Source: Armatimonadota bacterium (GTDB taxonomy: Bacteria > Armatimonadota > Fimbriimonadia > Fimbriimonadales > Fimbriimonadaceae). Taken from it: a stretch of DNA of 46,402 bases. The notes under the pieces are model-generated. The model was not told the origin of the DNA. It saw nothing but the letters and a program-made list of their open reading frames with translations, and ran no database searches. The stretch is taken from contig JANNQV010000032.1 of assembly GCA_031400935.1 (NCBI GenBank), positions 124,001-170,402 of the forward strand. Direction: 5' to 3'. Both the position numbers and the translations under genes were made by a program. This document shows, in pieces, positions 27,983 to 38,181 of this stretch (the first letter of the stretch is position 1; every line of letters starts with the position of its first letter).

Positions 27983-28782
27983 AACGACGTGACGTACTCT
28001 TTTGGGCGGGTGCATCATTCTTGATTTGTCTCGTATTGGCCGCTATTTTTGTTCCCGTGTTTGGCCCAGATTACACAAAGGATGTTGGAAGGCCCTTTTC
28101 ACCGATGGGAACTGGAACTTTGCTTGGGACGGACCAACTTGGGCGAGACACTTTTGTTCGCCTCATGTACGGCGCAAGAGTCTCGCTCACAATTGGATTG
28201 TCAGTTCAATTGATAAGCCTAGTCGTAGGAATTTTGTTTGGAAGCATTGGAGTATTCGGTCCAAAGTACATTCGAGTCCCACTAATGCGCTTTACTGATG
28301 CAATGTTTGCATTTCCTGACATCTTGCTGGCAGTGCTCATTATTGCCATACGAGGGCCAGGCATGGACGCTGTAATCATCGCCCTTTCCATAACTTCTTG
28401 GCCTGGCATCACTCGCCTTGTTTACACTCAAATTTCTTCTTTGAAAGATCGGGAATTTGTGATCGCAAGTCGAGCGATGGGAGCTTCGACTGCTTACGTT
28501 GTAAGAAAGCATGTTTTGCCGCAGCTCATTGGAGTAGTACTAGCTGTTAGCATGGTTGACTTAGCTGGCACTATTCTAGCGGAAAGCACCTTGAGTTTCT
28601 TAGGCATTGGCGTCCAGCCGCCAATGCCCAGTTGGGGGGGAATGTTAGACCAGGCTCGCAAAAACATAAATGCACAGCCTATGCAACTACTATGGCCATG
28701 CCTGATATTAAGCATCACAATCTTCGCACTCAACTTCGTAGGCGACGGTTTGCGGGCCCGACTAGACCCGCGAAGCAGATAG
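27979..28782 (+). CDS. Oligopeptide/nickel ABC transporter permease (OppC/DppC family)
   Basis: LLGTDQLGRD, YGARVSL, SFLGIGVQPPMPSWG, NFVGDGLR..LDPR. Confidence 0.96.
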   Translation: MKRRDVLFWAGASFLICLVLAAIFVPVFGPDYTKDVGRPFSPMGTGTLLGTDQLGRDTFVRLMYGARVSLTIGLSVQLISLVVGILFGSIGVFGPKYIRVPLMRFTDAMFAFPDILLAVLIIAIRGPGMDAVIIALSITSWPGITRLVYTQISSLKDREFVIASRAMGASTAYVVRKHVLPQLIGVVLAVSMVDLAGTILAESTLSFLGIGVQPPMPSWGGMLDQARKNINAQPMQLLWPCLILSITIFALNFVGDGLRARLDPRSR

Positions 28783-28792
28783 CGAGAATCCT

Positions 28793-30100
28793 TTAACTGA
28801 TAATATCTGCTTTATTTGAACCATTACTCTTGACCTGAGTTCGTGCGCTTCTCTTTGATTTTTGACGAACGATTTCTATCGCCTTTGCAAGCTGATTATC
28901 AGTTTTAGGTTCACCCATAACAGGTGCAGGCGAATCTTGCAACTTAACCTCTTCGTGAACCTTTATGCCGCCAGAAACATACATTCCGTCGTCATCAAGT
29001 TTGCGTGCGATGTCCTCACCACTAGGCAGATAGTAACGCGCAATCGTAAATTTTGCACTCGAGCCATCTCGGAACGAAATTACATTCTGGACAGAAGCCT
29101 TTCCATAGGTGTGCTCGCCGACAAGTGTTGCAATATGGTAATCCTTTAGTACGCCAGCGAGTATCTCAGATGCAGACGCAGAATCTTCATTGACTAAGAC
29201 AACTATCGGATAGTTCATCTCACGTTTCTTTCCTACAAGAGTAACTGTACGCTCTTCCGACCCGCCGCGCATCTTTAGGGTAACCGCTGGCTTGTTTTCC
29301 AAGAACAAAGACAGTATGTCGCGAACGGATTCAAGAAGGCCGCCTGGATTTCCACGAACATCAATTACCAAGCCATTTAGCCCGCCCCGATCTAGTTTTT
29401 CTAGTGCTTGTTCAAATTGGGTTGCCGACGGTTCGGAAAAGATCGAAATATTGATGTATCCAATGCCCTCTTCGAAAACTTGAGATGTCACAGTTGGCGT
29501 TGTGATTTGCGCCCGTTGGATCGTTAGGCTTATTGGTGCCGGTACATTTACTCTTGAAATGGTCAATGTTACTTTTGTGCCAATTGGACCACGGATCTGG
29601 TCGGCAATTTGGGCCGTATCCTGTCCGCTGACAGACTTGCCATTGACTGATGTAATCAAATCTCCGGTTTTTACTCCGGCATTTGCGGCTGGGCTTTCTT
29701 CAAATACCGCCCCTACCTTTGCTCCAAGCGGATCGTTTGCGAGCCTAGCACCAATTCCCGCGAATTGTGCCTTTGTTTCCATCTTAAACTCTTGGGCTAT
29801 TTTCGGCTCCATGAAGACCGTATGTGGATCGCCTAGCGATGCCATCATTCCAGCTAAACCAGCGTATTTAGTTTTCGAAGGATCAAGTTGGCGTGCAAAA
29901 TCTTGCTGGATGTGAGTGAATCCGCTTCGAAAAACTTTGATTGGCGCGACCTTTTGCATTGGAGGCTGATATCCAACAAGATCTGCAAAGAGCGAAGCAT
30001 TTGGGGCTTTTCCCCTTTGAATATCTCGCCATGAAAAACCTAGAACAAAAAGTCCGCCAGTTAGTATTAGCACAACCAAAATTCTTCCAAAAACCTTCAC
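28793..30100 (-). CDS. S41A C-terminal processing protease (CtpA-like), catalytic residues intact
   Basis: LGDPHT, PDZ GIGA, DVRGNPGG, SASASE (Ser), TYGK (Lys). Confidence 0.96.
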   Translation of the reverse strand: MKVFGRILVVLILTGGLFVLGFSWRDIQRGKAPNASLFADLVGYQPPMQKVAPIKVFRSGFTHIQQDFARQLDPSKTKYAGLAGMMASLGDPHTVFMEPKIAQEFKMETKAQFAGIGARLANDPLGAKVGAVFEESPAANAGVKTGDLITSVNGKSVSGQDTAQIADQIRGPIGTKVTLTISRVNVPAPISLTIQRAQITTPTVTSQVFEEGIGYINISIFSEPSATQFEQALEKLDRGGLNGLVIDVRGNPGGLLESVRDILSLFLENKPAVTLKMRGGSEERTVTLVGKKREMNYPIVVLVNEDSASASEILAGVLKDYHIATLVGEHTYGKASVQNVISFRDGSSAKFTIARYYLPSGEDIARKLDDDGMYVSGGIKVHEEVKLQDSPAPVMGEPKTDNQLAKAIEIVRQKSKRSARTQVKSNGSNKADIIS

Positions 30101-31284
30101 TTCGCGATACCCCCTTCAAACCGGCCCAAATTGAGTGTGTAACCGCTGTTATCTGGCAAGATCGTTATCTGGGTTGCAACTGCGTTTCCTGCTGTTTTGC
30201 CCTCGATTTTGGCGCCCGATTTGGCCAAAATTCGAGAGAATATTTCTGGCACTCCCGAGGTGCCTTTATTGACAAGCACCGTAATCCGGGTTGCATTCGA
30301 ATTCGACCCTTTGATCAAAATGGGAACAGGCGCCCTTTTACCTTCGCGCTTCAACGACCCTAACGATCCCGAAATGCCCAATTTTTTCACTAAAGAAATC
30401 ATCGTTGGATAATCGCCGAGCCCTTGCCCACGCAGATCAAATCGGATATTCCCGTTGCTTGGCGAAAACAACTTTTCAGCACCAGGGATGAACGAAATTT
30501 CTTCAAATTCGGAATTGGTTTTTCGCTCCCAGACTCCTTTTGCAAACTCAACAGTTGTTGATTTGTTAGCTACCACGAACTCTACTTTTGTTTTTCCTTG
30601 GCGGCCCATCGCAAGTCGCTTCCAAGCTCGAATCGGAGTAATCGCGCTTTCTGATTTAGATCGAATTTCCTTTCGCAGAGTATCCATCGCGGTAGCTGGA
30701 AGTTTCTTCGCCAGGACTTTTGCTTGAATGTCTCGCGCCCTTTGAATAAACTCTGAATTCATAACCCAATGACCGTCAATTGTTTCAATCTTTGCTCCAA
30801 CAAGAAGGCCAGATTTCTCTGCAGAACTTCCGGGAATGATGGAACGAACCACTACATTCGGTATTCCTTCAGCACTAGTTGATCCGTTGGTCTTTTGGTA
30901 TTCGAAGCCAAATTCTGCACCAATTCCCTCGAATTGCCCTTGTAGCCCCCGAAGTACAACAGTCATCTCCTCTTTGTCATAGTAAATGGAATTAGTGTCG
31001 TTCAGGCTCGCAATCATTCCTCGAATGGCGCCGGTAGCGAGCTTCATCTCGTCTGGAATCGGATCAACAAAATCGTCTCGAAGGATGTTCGCAACTTCAG
31101 TGAAATAATCGTCTTCCGGAATTGACTGAATATCCTTAGAAGCGACAAGGTTTTGAAAAGTTGGAATTCTTGCGCTAGGCGACCTTTGCTCTCTGACAAG
31201 AATTCCTGTAAGCAACGCTCCAGCACTGAGGGTCGCTAAACCCGCCATCCGCAATCCAGATTTCCATTCTTCTGATTTACCCAT
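30097..31284 (-). CDS. S41/PDZ paralogue lacking the catalytic Ser/Lys (pseudoprotease)
   Basis: GAIRGMIASLND, FEGIGA, DLRGQGLG, VLVNKGTSGVPE, TAGN; 4-bp overlap with the active gene. Confidence 0.82.
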   Translation of the reverse strand: MGKSEEWKSGLRMAGLATLSAGALLTGILVREQRSPSARIPTFQNLVASKDIQSIPEDDYFTEVANILRDDFVDPIPDEMKLATGAIRGMIASLNDTNSIYYDKEEMTVVLRGLQGQFEGIGAEFGFEYQKTNGSTSAEGIPNVVVRSIIPGSSAEKSGLLVGAKIETIDGHWVMNSEFIQRARDIQAKVLAKKLPATAMDTLRKEIRSKSESAITPIRAWKRLAMGRQGKTKVEFVVANKSTTVEFAKGVWERKTNSEFEEISFIPGAEKLFSPSNGNIRFDLRGQGLGDYPTMISLVKKLGISGSLGSLKREGKRAPVPILIKGSNSNATRITVLVNKGTSGVPEIFSRILAKSGAKIEGKTAGNAVATQITILPDNSGYTLNLGRFEGGIAK

Positions 31285-31369
31285 TGATCCGCCCACCTAT
31301 TAGTTTTACGTTCATTGTCGAGCATTCCTTACCGAACGAATACGAGTTTCCTCACAATATTTTCCTATC

Positions 31370-34240
31370 TTACTTGACGCAAGAAAGCATCAAACTGTTT
31401 TCTCCAATGCCCTTTGCGACCATTAATTCGCGAAAAGCCACTTGAACACGGACATCTAAATCGCTTGAAATTTGACCAAGTTCTTCGATTTTGACTTCCC
31501 CAGGAAGTCTTGAAAGACAAAGCAATGCTTTCGCACGAACTCGAGGATCAACATCGGAAACGGCGAGAATGATAGCGGGCCTTGCATCTTGAGTTGGAGA
31601 TTCAAATATTCGATTTAGAATAGAAAGCCGCACGAATGGACTGTCGTCGCGAATTCCCTTCCAACCTTCGATAGCAAATGAAGCAATCGTAGAATGAGCT
31701 AATCGCCAGTGGCACGATTCTCGGACCGCATCGCTCGGATCGTTGACCGCCGAATATTGGAGTCTTCTGCAAACTGTTTCACTCGATACATCTGAGTTCT
31801 CCGCAACAAATCGCCTAATTTCTGGATCGGTCTCTTGCATGAATACAATGAGAAGTAAGTTCGATTCGCGACTTCCCATTTTTGCGATGGATTGAGCACT
31901 TCTGAGTCGGGCTTGCCAGCTTCTGGAAGCGAATCCTGTGCTCAACGATCCTGTAGTGGAAGGTAGCTTTCGATCACCCAATGCAATTGCAGCAAACACT
32001 CGATGTGACTCCAGAGGCGGACCCAAAAAGGTTCTGCTAATCGCGCTCCAAGCCGTATCTGTATTTTGGAATTGAAGCGCATTGATGGTGGCTTGAGCTT
32101 GTCGGGCGTCAAGAGTATTAAGAGCATCAATGAGCGCAGGTTCAGCAGTTGCGCTCCGAATCCTTTGAAATGCTGCACTGGCGTTTGTTCGGACAAAGTC
32201 AATTCGATCCCTTAACAACGGTAAGAGAATGGCAATATTCTCTGTAGTATCAGCGGCGGCGGCAGCCCACCGCGCTCGATCCTCAGGGTTTATTGAAGCA
32301 AAATCAGGTTGAGAAGCTGATAGGGAAGAGTAAACAGGAACTGGTTCCGTTGTCGCTTCTGCGGCGGCAGGTCCAAGAAGCAAACTTGAAGATGTTGACA
32401 TTCCTTTGCCCCATGCTTCTGCAAGCGGGTCGCTACTCAAAACTACACGACTAATGATGGCTCGACCCGAACTTGGACCGAGTGCCCGCAAATCAACAGT
32501 TACTTGATGCCAATTTCCGTCCGCGATTGCCTCGATCTCTGCCCCTACCGGTGTCGGATCACAATCCTCGGGAGTTGGCCAGCGTCCGAAAAGCCTAATT
32601 TGCCTTGAAGGCAAATTCTGAAATTCGAATCGTAAAAGCACAGGTTCAACCTGACTCGCCTTGATCCAAAAGCTGAATTTCGGCTTTGCTCTGGAATCAA
32701 TTCCGCCATTTGATGATCTGGAATCAAAAATCACGGCCTCGCCAACGCGAATCGCCTTTCCAAAATCAACAAGAGTTACCGTTCCCCTACCTGGCTCAGG
32801 TAGCTCTCTCGCAGTAAACTGACCAGAAGTTTTGACCTTTGTAGAATCGCCAGAAAAAAACTCAACATCACTTGATTCTGAAATAGCGGTTTGCGGAATT
32901 TGGCTAACTTTTGGGTGCCCCACTAATTCACATTCTTGAAGTCCAGATTTCGTCTCTGCAATTGCAAACACGCCAAGTTGAATTCCGTAAATCTGTACAA
33001 ATCCATGAAATTTTGCGTCGGGAATCTTCTCGGCAAACAGGGCTAGAAAGGGCATTCGCACGAAAAGCAGCGACTTACCCTTGCCCATAACAAGTGCTGT
33101 TGCTTCACGATCACTTTCAAGAATCGGATCTAGAGTTGTCGCGTTGGAAATCATCCTCATTGGAAGCCCTTCGCCAGTTAGAATTACGGAGCTTCCCTGA
33201 CTTGTTGCCGCCAACTTTGCTCCCAGTATCTGTGTTATTTCGGCTTCCGTTATCAAGCCAACTTTTTCTAGTGGATCATCTTGAATACCCGCATAAAGGA
33301 CCCCATCTGTTGAACCTTTGGCTTGAAAACGGCTTGTAAATTCGGCGCTATTTGAATCTCGGTTTGCAGTTACCCTTTCAAGCGTTGTTAAAGGAAGGTC
33401 GGTGTCAATTGTTTGCTTCGAAATCTGAAATCGAGAAGTTTCATTCGGTGCAATTTGATAGCCTAATCGCACTGCCGAGCTCCGCAAATCTTCATTCCAA
33501 ATTTGAAAAATCTTGTGGGAAACGTCCTCGCCCTTAGCAAGCAAATTCGCAATCGGAACACATGTAACCGGAGTTTCCCAAATCATTGCCTTTGAAGCAA
33601 ATGGCGTCAGCCCGCTATGCAAAACCCATACGGAATCGAACCGGCCGCGGAAAATCTTGTCATCTGATTGAAAATCGAAGCCATTAAATCTAGGAGAACA
33701 ATATTCTTGAAGCCAATTTTGGTCGAAAGGATTTGAAGTTGCCGAAGCGTCCTGGTAATTCTCATCCATGTCGGTTTCGACATCAATTTCAACTTTCAGC
33801 TTCCCTTTCATTGCTGATTCGACTCGCACTGCCCATTCCGCAAGAGCAACGAAAGCCTGGTCCATCTGCTCTTTTTCCATCCAATTCCGGCGAACTCTGA
33901 GGATTTCGCCTCGATTCAAAATGTTCGTTCTGGGAAGCAGGAACACTTTTGTCCGCCAAGTTGGTGTGGAGAGCGTTTGAAGCCCGATGGCTTCAACATA
34001 ATTCTTTCGAATTTCCGCCCAATCAAGCCGTCCCGAATCTAAAAGCAAGAGGTTTCCTCGGTCTCCGATTGAAATTCGATGACCATTCCACTCTAAACTT
34101 TCGCCAATGACAGGAGTTCCGATAGGCCAATTGAATTTAACTTCCCGACCTCCTACAGTACGAGTGACAATATCGGTCTGAACGTTCACACCGCTTGATT
34201 GGGGGAGGGCAAAGACGAACAGGGCGGCGAGATACACCAT
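31370..34240 (-). CDS. Large protein with C-terminal HEAT/PBS-like repeats and a central beta-sandwich (CBM-like) domain
   Basis: Repeats such as DRIDFVR, ETDPEIR, DPSDAVR, DDSPFVR, DVDPRVR; FSFWIK...ADGNWHQVTVDL; hydrophobic N-terminus. Confidence 0.8.
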   Translation of the reverse strand: MVYLAALFVFALPQSSGVNVQTDIVTRTVGGREVKFNWPIGTPVIGESLEWNGHRISIGDRGNLLLLDSGRLDWAEIRKNYVEAIGLQTLSTPTWRTKVFLLPRTNILNRGEILRVRRNWMEKEQMDQAFVALAEWAVRVESAMKGKLKVEIDVETDMDENYQDASATSNPFDQNWLQEYCSPRFNGFDFQSDDKIFRGRFDSVWVLHSGLTPFASKAMIWETPVTCVPIANLLAKGEDVSHKIFQIWNEDLRSSAVRLGYQIAPNETSRFQISKQTIDTDLPLTTLERVTANRDSNSAEFTSRFQAKGSTDGVLYAGIQDDPLEKVGLITEAEITQILGAKLAATSQGSSVILTGEGLPMRMISNATTLDPILESDREATALVMGKGKSLLFVRMPFLALFAEKIPDAKFHGFVQIYGIQLGVFAIAETKSGLQECELVGHPKVSQIPQTAISESSDVEFFSGDSTKVKTSGQFTARELPEPGRGTVTLVDFGKAIRVGEAVIFDSRSSNGGIDSRAKPKFSFWIKASQVEPVLLRFEFQNLPSRQIRLFGRWPTPEDCDPTPVGAEIEAIADGNWHQVTVDLRALGPSSGRAIISRVVLSSDPLAEAWGKGMSTSSSLLLGPAAAEATTEPVPVYSSLSASQPDFASINPEDRARWAAAAADTTENIAILLPLLRDRIDFVRTNASAAFQRIRSATAEPALIDALNTLDARQAQATINALQFQNTDTAWSAISRTFLGPPLESHRVFAAIALGDRKLPSTTGSLSTGFASRSWQARLRSAQSIAKMGSRESNLLLIVFMQETDPEIRRFVAENSDVSSETVCRRLQYSAVNDPSDAVRESCHWRLAHSTIASFAIEGWKGIRDDSPFVRLSILNRIFESPTQDARPAIILAVSDVDPRVRAKALLCLSRLPGEVKIEELGQISSDLDVRVQVAFRELMVAKGIGENSLMLSCVK

Positions 34241-34242
34241 GG

Positions 34243-35088
34243 CTACGGCAAAACTTCAAACAATCTAATGTCATCCGGCGTCGCAGCATGACCATCGCCG
34301 CGGCTAAATTGGAGGGCTTGTCGTGCCCCAAGTCCTGAAAGGTCCACAGGGAATTTCTTCACCATATCAAGCACGACTGCTTTGATTCGTTCCGCATTTT
34401 TTGAAAACACTTCTAAAACGTCATGAGCAGTTACCGCCTCGGTTCCGGCATGGACGCCAGAGTCGTAATCTGTTATGAGCGAAATATTCACCACAGACAT
34501 ACCAAGTTCTCGGCAAAGGTGCGCTTCTGGGTACTGCGTCATGTTTATGACCTCCCATCCAGCATCATGAAACCATTTGGATTCTGATTTGGTTGAGAAT
34601 CTTGGACCTTGGATTACAACCACAGTGCCGCCATCATGACATTCGATTCCGTGTTCGCGAACAGTATCAACAGCAATCTTTCGCAATGTGCGATCGTATG
34701 TATCCGCTGGAGAAATATGTGTCACGATCGGCCCGTCAAAAAATGTGTCAATTCTGCCATTCGTTCTGTCTACAAATTGATCGCAAACCACAAAATCACC
34801 GGGTTTGACATTGGCTTGAAGAGATCCCGCCGCACACGGCGAAATAATCGCCTGAACCCCTAGTGACCGCATCGCCCAAACATTAGCGCGATAGTTGATT
34901 TTATGTGGAGGAATTGTATGGTTCCGACCATGTCGCGGTAAGAAAGCCAATTTTCGACCGCCAACGTCAGCGAGCATTACCGCATCGCTCGTCGGACCGT
35001 AAGGCGTGTCAACTTTGACTTCGCGCACATTTTCCAACAGGCTATAAAAGCCTGATCCACCAAAAATCCCTATTTCCGCTTTCGACAT
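34243..35088 (-). CDS. mtnP: S-methyl-5'-thioadenosine phosphorylase
   Basis: IGIFGGSG, FLPRHG..H..PPH.INYRAN, QGPRFSTKSES, INMT, TDYD. Confidence 0.95.
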   Translation of the reverse strand: MSKAEIGIFGGSGFYSLLENVREVKVDTPYGPTSDAVMLADVGGRKLAFLPRHGRNHTIPPHKINYRANVWAMRSLGVQAIISPCAAGSLQANVKPGDFVVCDQFVDRTNGRIDTFFDGPIVTHISPADTYDRTLRKIAVDTVREHGIECHDGGTVVVIQGPRFSTKSESKWFHDAGWEVINMTQYPEAHLCRELGMSVVNISLITDYDSGVHAGTEAVTAHDVLEVFSKNAERIKAVVLDMVKKFPVDLSGLGARQALQFSRGDGHAATPDDIRLFEVLP

Positions 35089-35107
35089 ATTCTTTTTCTC
35101 TTTTGCT

Positions 35108-35977
35108 CTACTTGCTTATAACATTTCCACCGACAAACTTTGAAACAAGTTTTATCAAAACGTCAACTCGAGCACCCTGCCTCAGCAAAAGATCACCATG
35201 AATTTGAGCAATTGTTGGCTTATCTTGCATGAAGCCCTTAACCGCCGAAAGTGACTGCAAGCGAGTATCTTTCACAATCCATCGGTAGTTCGGGCTGCAA
35301 ACGATAAGGTCTGGATTCCATGTAATTAGGGATTCAATAGGAGCCATTTCAAACTTGGATGAATCGGGGCCGATCACATTTCCACCACATATTCGAACTA
35401 TGTCAGCAACAAATGACTTCGTACCCGAAATCATGTGCCCCCCTCTTTCGCCAGGCATTAAGATTACGACCGATGGTCTGGAAGCAGGGATACTCGCCTT
35501 AGCAGAAGCCACAGCCCGATCAATGTCACCGACGTAGGTCATGATGTCGGTCTCAGTGGAGAATGCGGTACCTAACTCGTACAGCCTTCGTATGAATCCG
35601 TCGAGCGTGTTCTCTCCAACCGAAAAAGTGGGGATCTTCGCCTGCTCGAATTTCGCAAGGTCAGACTTCGAAAAAAGTGCTGGATCATAAAGCACGACGT
35701 CCGGCCTGAGAGAAATGATCTTTTCATAATTAGGCTTAACGCCGTTCATGACGACAGGAGTAGATTCAATCGAGACAGGGAAATTGCAGCTTGAAGTGCG
35801 CCCAAGCACCCTAATCGTAAGAATTTTCGAAGCAACCAACTCGGTTGTCCCGGGGCTGAGAGATACGGTAGACCTGAACAAAAAGTTTCTTTGAACAAAC
35901 TTGGCGTGCAGAACTTTCTCTTGACAGCCAGCAACAAACAAAGCAAGCGAAACTACGATCAAGGGCCACAAACGCAT
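35108..35977 (-). CDS. BtuF/siderophore-type ABC substrate-binding lipoprotein
   Basis: Lipobox VAGC; VSLSPGTTE, PNYEKIISLRPD, ESLITWNPDLI. Confidence 0.85.
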   Translation of the reverse strand: MRLWPLIVVSLALFVAGCQEKVLHAKFVQRNFLFRSTVSLSPGTTELVASKILTIRVLGRTSSCNFPVSIESTPVVMNGVKPNYEKIISLRPDVVLYDPALFSKSDLAKFEQAKIPTFSVGENTLDGFIRRLYELGTAFSTETDIMTYVGDIDRAVASAKASIPASRPSVVILMPGERGGHMISGTKSFVADIVRICGGNVIGPDSSKFEMAPIESLITWNPDLIVCSPNYRWIVKDTRLQSLSAVKGFMQDKPTIAQIHGDLLLRQGARVDVLIKLVSKFVGGNVISK

Positions 35978-36073
35978 TCAATCATTTTGTCTTAACTTTG
36001 GCCTTCAATGCTTGGGTTTTCCAGGGAATGCCAACGGCTGAATTTTTGAACGATATGCTAACTTGATACTAGA

Positions 36074-38035
36074 ATGAGGCTCCCCCGCGACTTGCAAACA
36101 TGGCTGACTATTTTCTGCGGCATTTCGCTGATATTCGCAATGTTTGGAGCTCACGCAGGATTTTCCTTTGCAGCGGTTGTTTTCGGAAGCTATTTTGCTC
36201 TTGCCGCTGCCTGGCGATCAATCAAAAGACGTAGCATCGATGTCAATTTTTTAATGGTCTTCGCGGCTGCGGGGTCAGTGATACTGGGGCATGCCTTGGA
36301 AGCGGCCGTTTTGCTATTTCTTTTTAGCCTCTCGAGCACGATGGAATCATTTGCAATGGCAAAGACCCGAAACGCCATTGAAGGACTCATCAGACTTCGC
36401 CCTGATTCTGCGATTCTGGTTTCTAGCGATGGCGAAAGAACCGTTCCTGTTGAAGATCTCAAAATTGGCGATCAGATTCGGGTTTTGCCCTTCGAAAATA
36501 TCCCGGCTGACGCAAAGATTATTTCTGGCTCAACTACTGTTGACCAGTCTGCAATGACTGGAGAATCTGCACCAGCACAAAAGAGAGTGGGTGATCTCAT
36601 TCTCGCAGGAACACAAAACCTCGAGTCCATGATCGTCGCAGAAGTCACTGCCGAAGTCGGCAACACGTTGCTTGAGAAAATCGTTGAACTTGTAAGAGAC
36701 GCGCAAGACAACAAGGCAAGCGGCGAACGGATTAGTGAATGGTTTGGGCAAAAATATACATATTTCGTACTTATTGCCTTCGGAGTTATGTTTGTAGTTC
36801 GCCTCGTCTTGCATCAGCCTTTAGAGCAATCAGCGTATGGGGCTCTAACCATTTTGGTTGCCCTTAGCCCTTGCGCCGTTGTCATTTCGACCCCAGCCTC
36901 CACTCTTAGCGCCTTGGCCTGGGCTGCTCGGAACGGAATCCTTGTTCGCGGCGGAGCATACATCGAATTGGCAGGAAAAATAGACACTCTCGCTGTTGAT
37001 AAGACGGGAACCTTGACAGCAGGAAAACCTCATTTAACAGAAATTTGCGTTTGCACAGGCGTCGCTGAGGCAGTTGGGGCGCATGCCAATTTATGTGTTG
37101 ACGAACATGCATGTTGGTCGCAAGGCGAAGAAATGTCGCCAGATGCAACTGCACTGCTTCGTTTTGCCGCCGCCGCCGAACAATACAGCAGTCATCCCAT
37201 TGCAGACGCAATCGTAAATCGAGCGCGGGAAATGGGAATTGATGTTCCTGAAGCTGTGAATGCAACCACTATTCCTGGGCTAGGAGTAACTGCAACTATA
37301 GATGGAAAGCAAGTGAGAATTGGCCAACGTCGGTTTTTCGAATCTGACGGGAAATTTCTTGAACCCGAATTTGCAGTTCACGCCGAAGAATTGCAGCATA
37401 AGGGAATGACAGTAGCCATTTTGGAAGTCGAAGGCAAAATGGCGGCCCTTGGACTGCTGGACTCTCCACGGCCAGAGGCACCAGACTTCCTTGCAACAAT
37501 GCGGAGGCTTGGCGCAGATCGGCAAATCATGATTACTGGGGATACTCCCGAAACTGCTGAAGCCATCGCAAAGCAGCTTGACATTCAAGAGTACAAAGCA
37601 GGACTTCTTCCAGACGACAAAACGAAGTTGATCCATGAACTCATCCAGAAAGGCCGTTCTGTGATGATGGTAGGCGACGGAATCAATGACGCGCCGAGCA
37701 TGGCGACTGCGACTGTAGGAGTGGCGATGGGCGGTTTGGGAAGCGATATTGCTCTTAATTCTGCTGACGTTGTCCTGATGCAAGACCGGCTCGACAAAAT
37801 CCCGCAACTTGTCCAGTTGGGCCGCCAAACAAACCGTATTATTCGGACCAACCTTTATTTTGCTTCGGGAGTAATTACAATTCTTGCGATCGGCTCTCTT
37901 TTGGGAGACTACTACTTTCCACAGCTTCGCAATTGGATTCTGCCCTTTGCTGTAGTCGGGCACGAAGGGTCAACCGTGCTTGTGATTCTTAATGGGCTGA
38001 GGCTGCTTTGGGGACCGGGGAGTTCCAGAGTGTAG
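36074..38035 (+). CDS. Heavy-metal P1B-type ATPase (P1B-4-like)
   Basis: TGES, SPC, DKTGT, HP, GDGINDAP, HEGST. Confidence 0.96.
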   Translation: MRLPRDLQTWLTIFCGISLIFAMFGAHAGFSFAAVVFGSYFALAAAWRSIKRRSIDVNFLMVFAAAGSVILGHALEAAVLLFLFSLSSTMESFAMAKTRNAIEGLIRLRPDSAILVSSDGERTVPVEDLKIGDQIRVLPFENIPADAKIISGSTTVDQSAMTGESAPAQKRVGDLILAGTQNLESMIVAEVTAEVGNTLLEKIVELVRDAQDNKASGERISEWFGQKYTYFVLIAFGVMFVVRLVLHQPLEQSAYGALTILVALSPCAVVISTPASTLSALAWAARNGILVRGGAYIELAGKIDTLAVDKTGTLTAGKPHLTEICVCTGVAEAVGAHANLCVDEHACWSQGEEMSPDATALLRFAAAAEQYSSHPIADAIVNRAREMGIDVPEAVNATTIPGLGVTATIDGKQVRIGQRRFFESDGKFLEPEFAVHAEELQHKGMTVAILEVEGKMAALGLLDSPRPEAPDFLATMRRLGADRQIMITGDTPETAEAIAKQLDIQEYKAGLLPDDKTKLIHELIQKGRSVMMVGDGINDAPSMATATVGVAMGGLGSDIALNSADVVLMQDRLDKIPQLVQLGRQTNRIIRTNLYFASGVITILAIGSLLGDYYFPQLRNWILPFAVVGHEGSTVLVILNGLRLLWGPGSSRV

Positions 38036-38078
38036 GGCATGGGGTTTAGGGTTTAGAGTTTAGGGTTTAGGGAATGGG
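38030..38078. repeat. Heptamer tandem repeat, left arm (GTTTAGG consensus, 7 units)
   Basis: gtgtagg gcatggg gtttagg gtttaga gtttagg gtttagg gaatggg. Confidence 0.85.
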
Positions 38079-38181
38079 ATCTGAGAAAGCCAGTGAATTT
38101 TGGATTCTGGATTGTTGATTTTGGTCCACTTATAACCGACAACCGATAATGATTAGACAATTCAGCAACGTGGTTGTATCT

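Noticed and set aside
37280..37963. 227-aa minus-strand ORF
   Set aside because: Antisense to the conserved P-type ATPase; no recognisable motifs
38030..38078. Plant telomere contamination
   Set aside because: Only a few degenerate units, continuous with bacterial genes, with a complementary arm and similar arms elsewhere in the window
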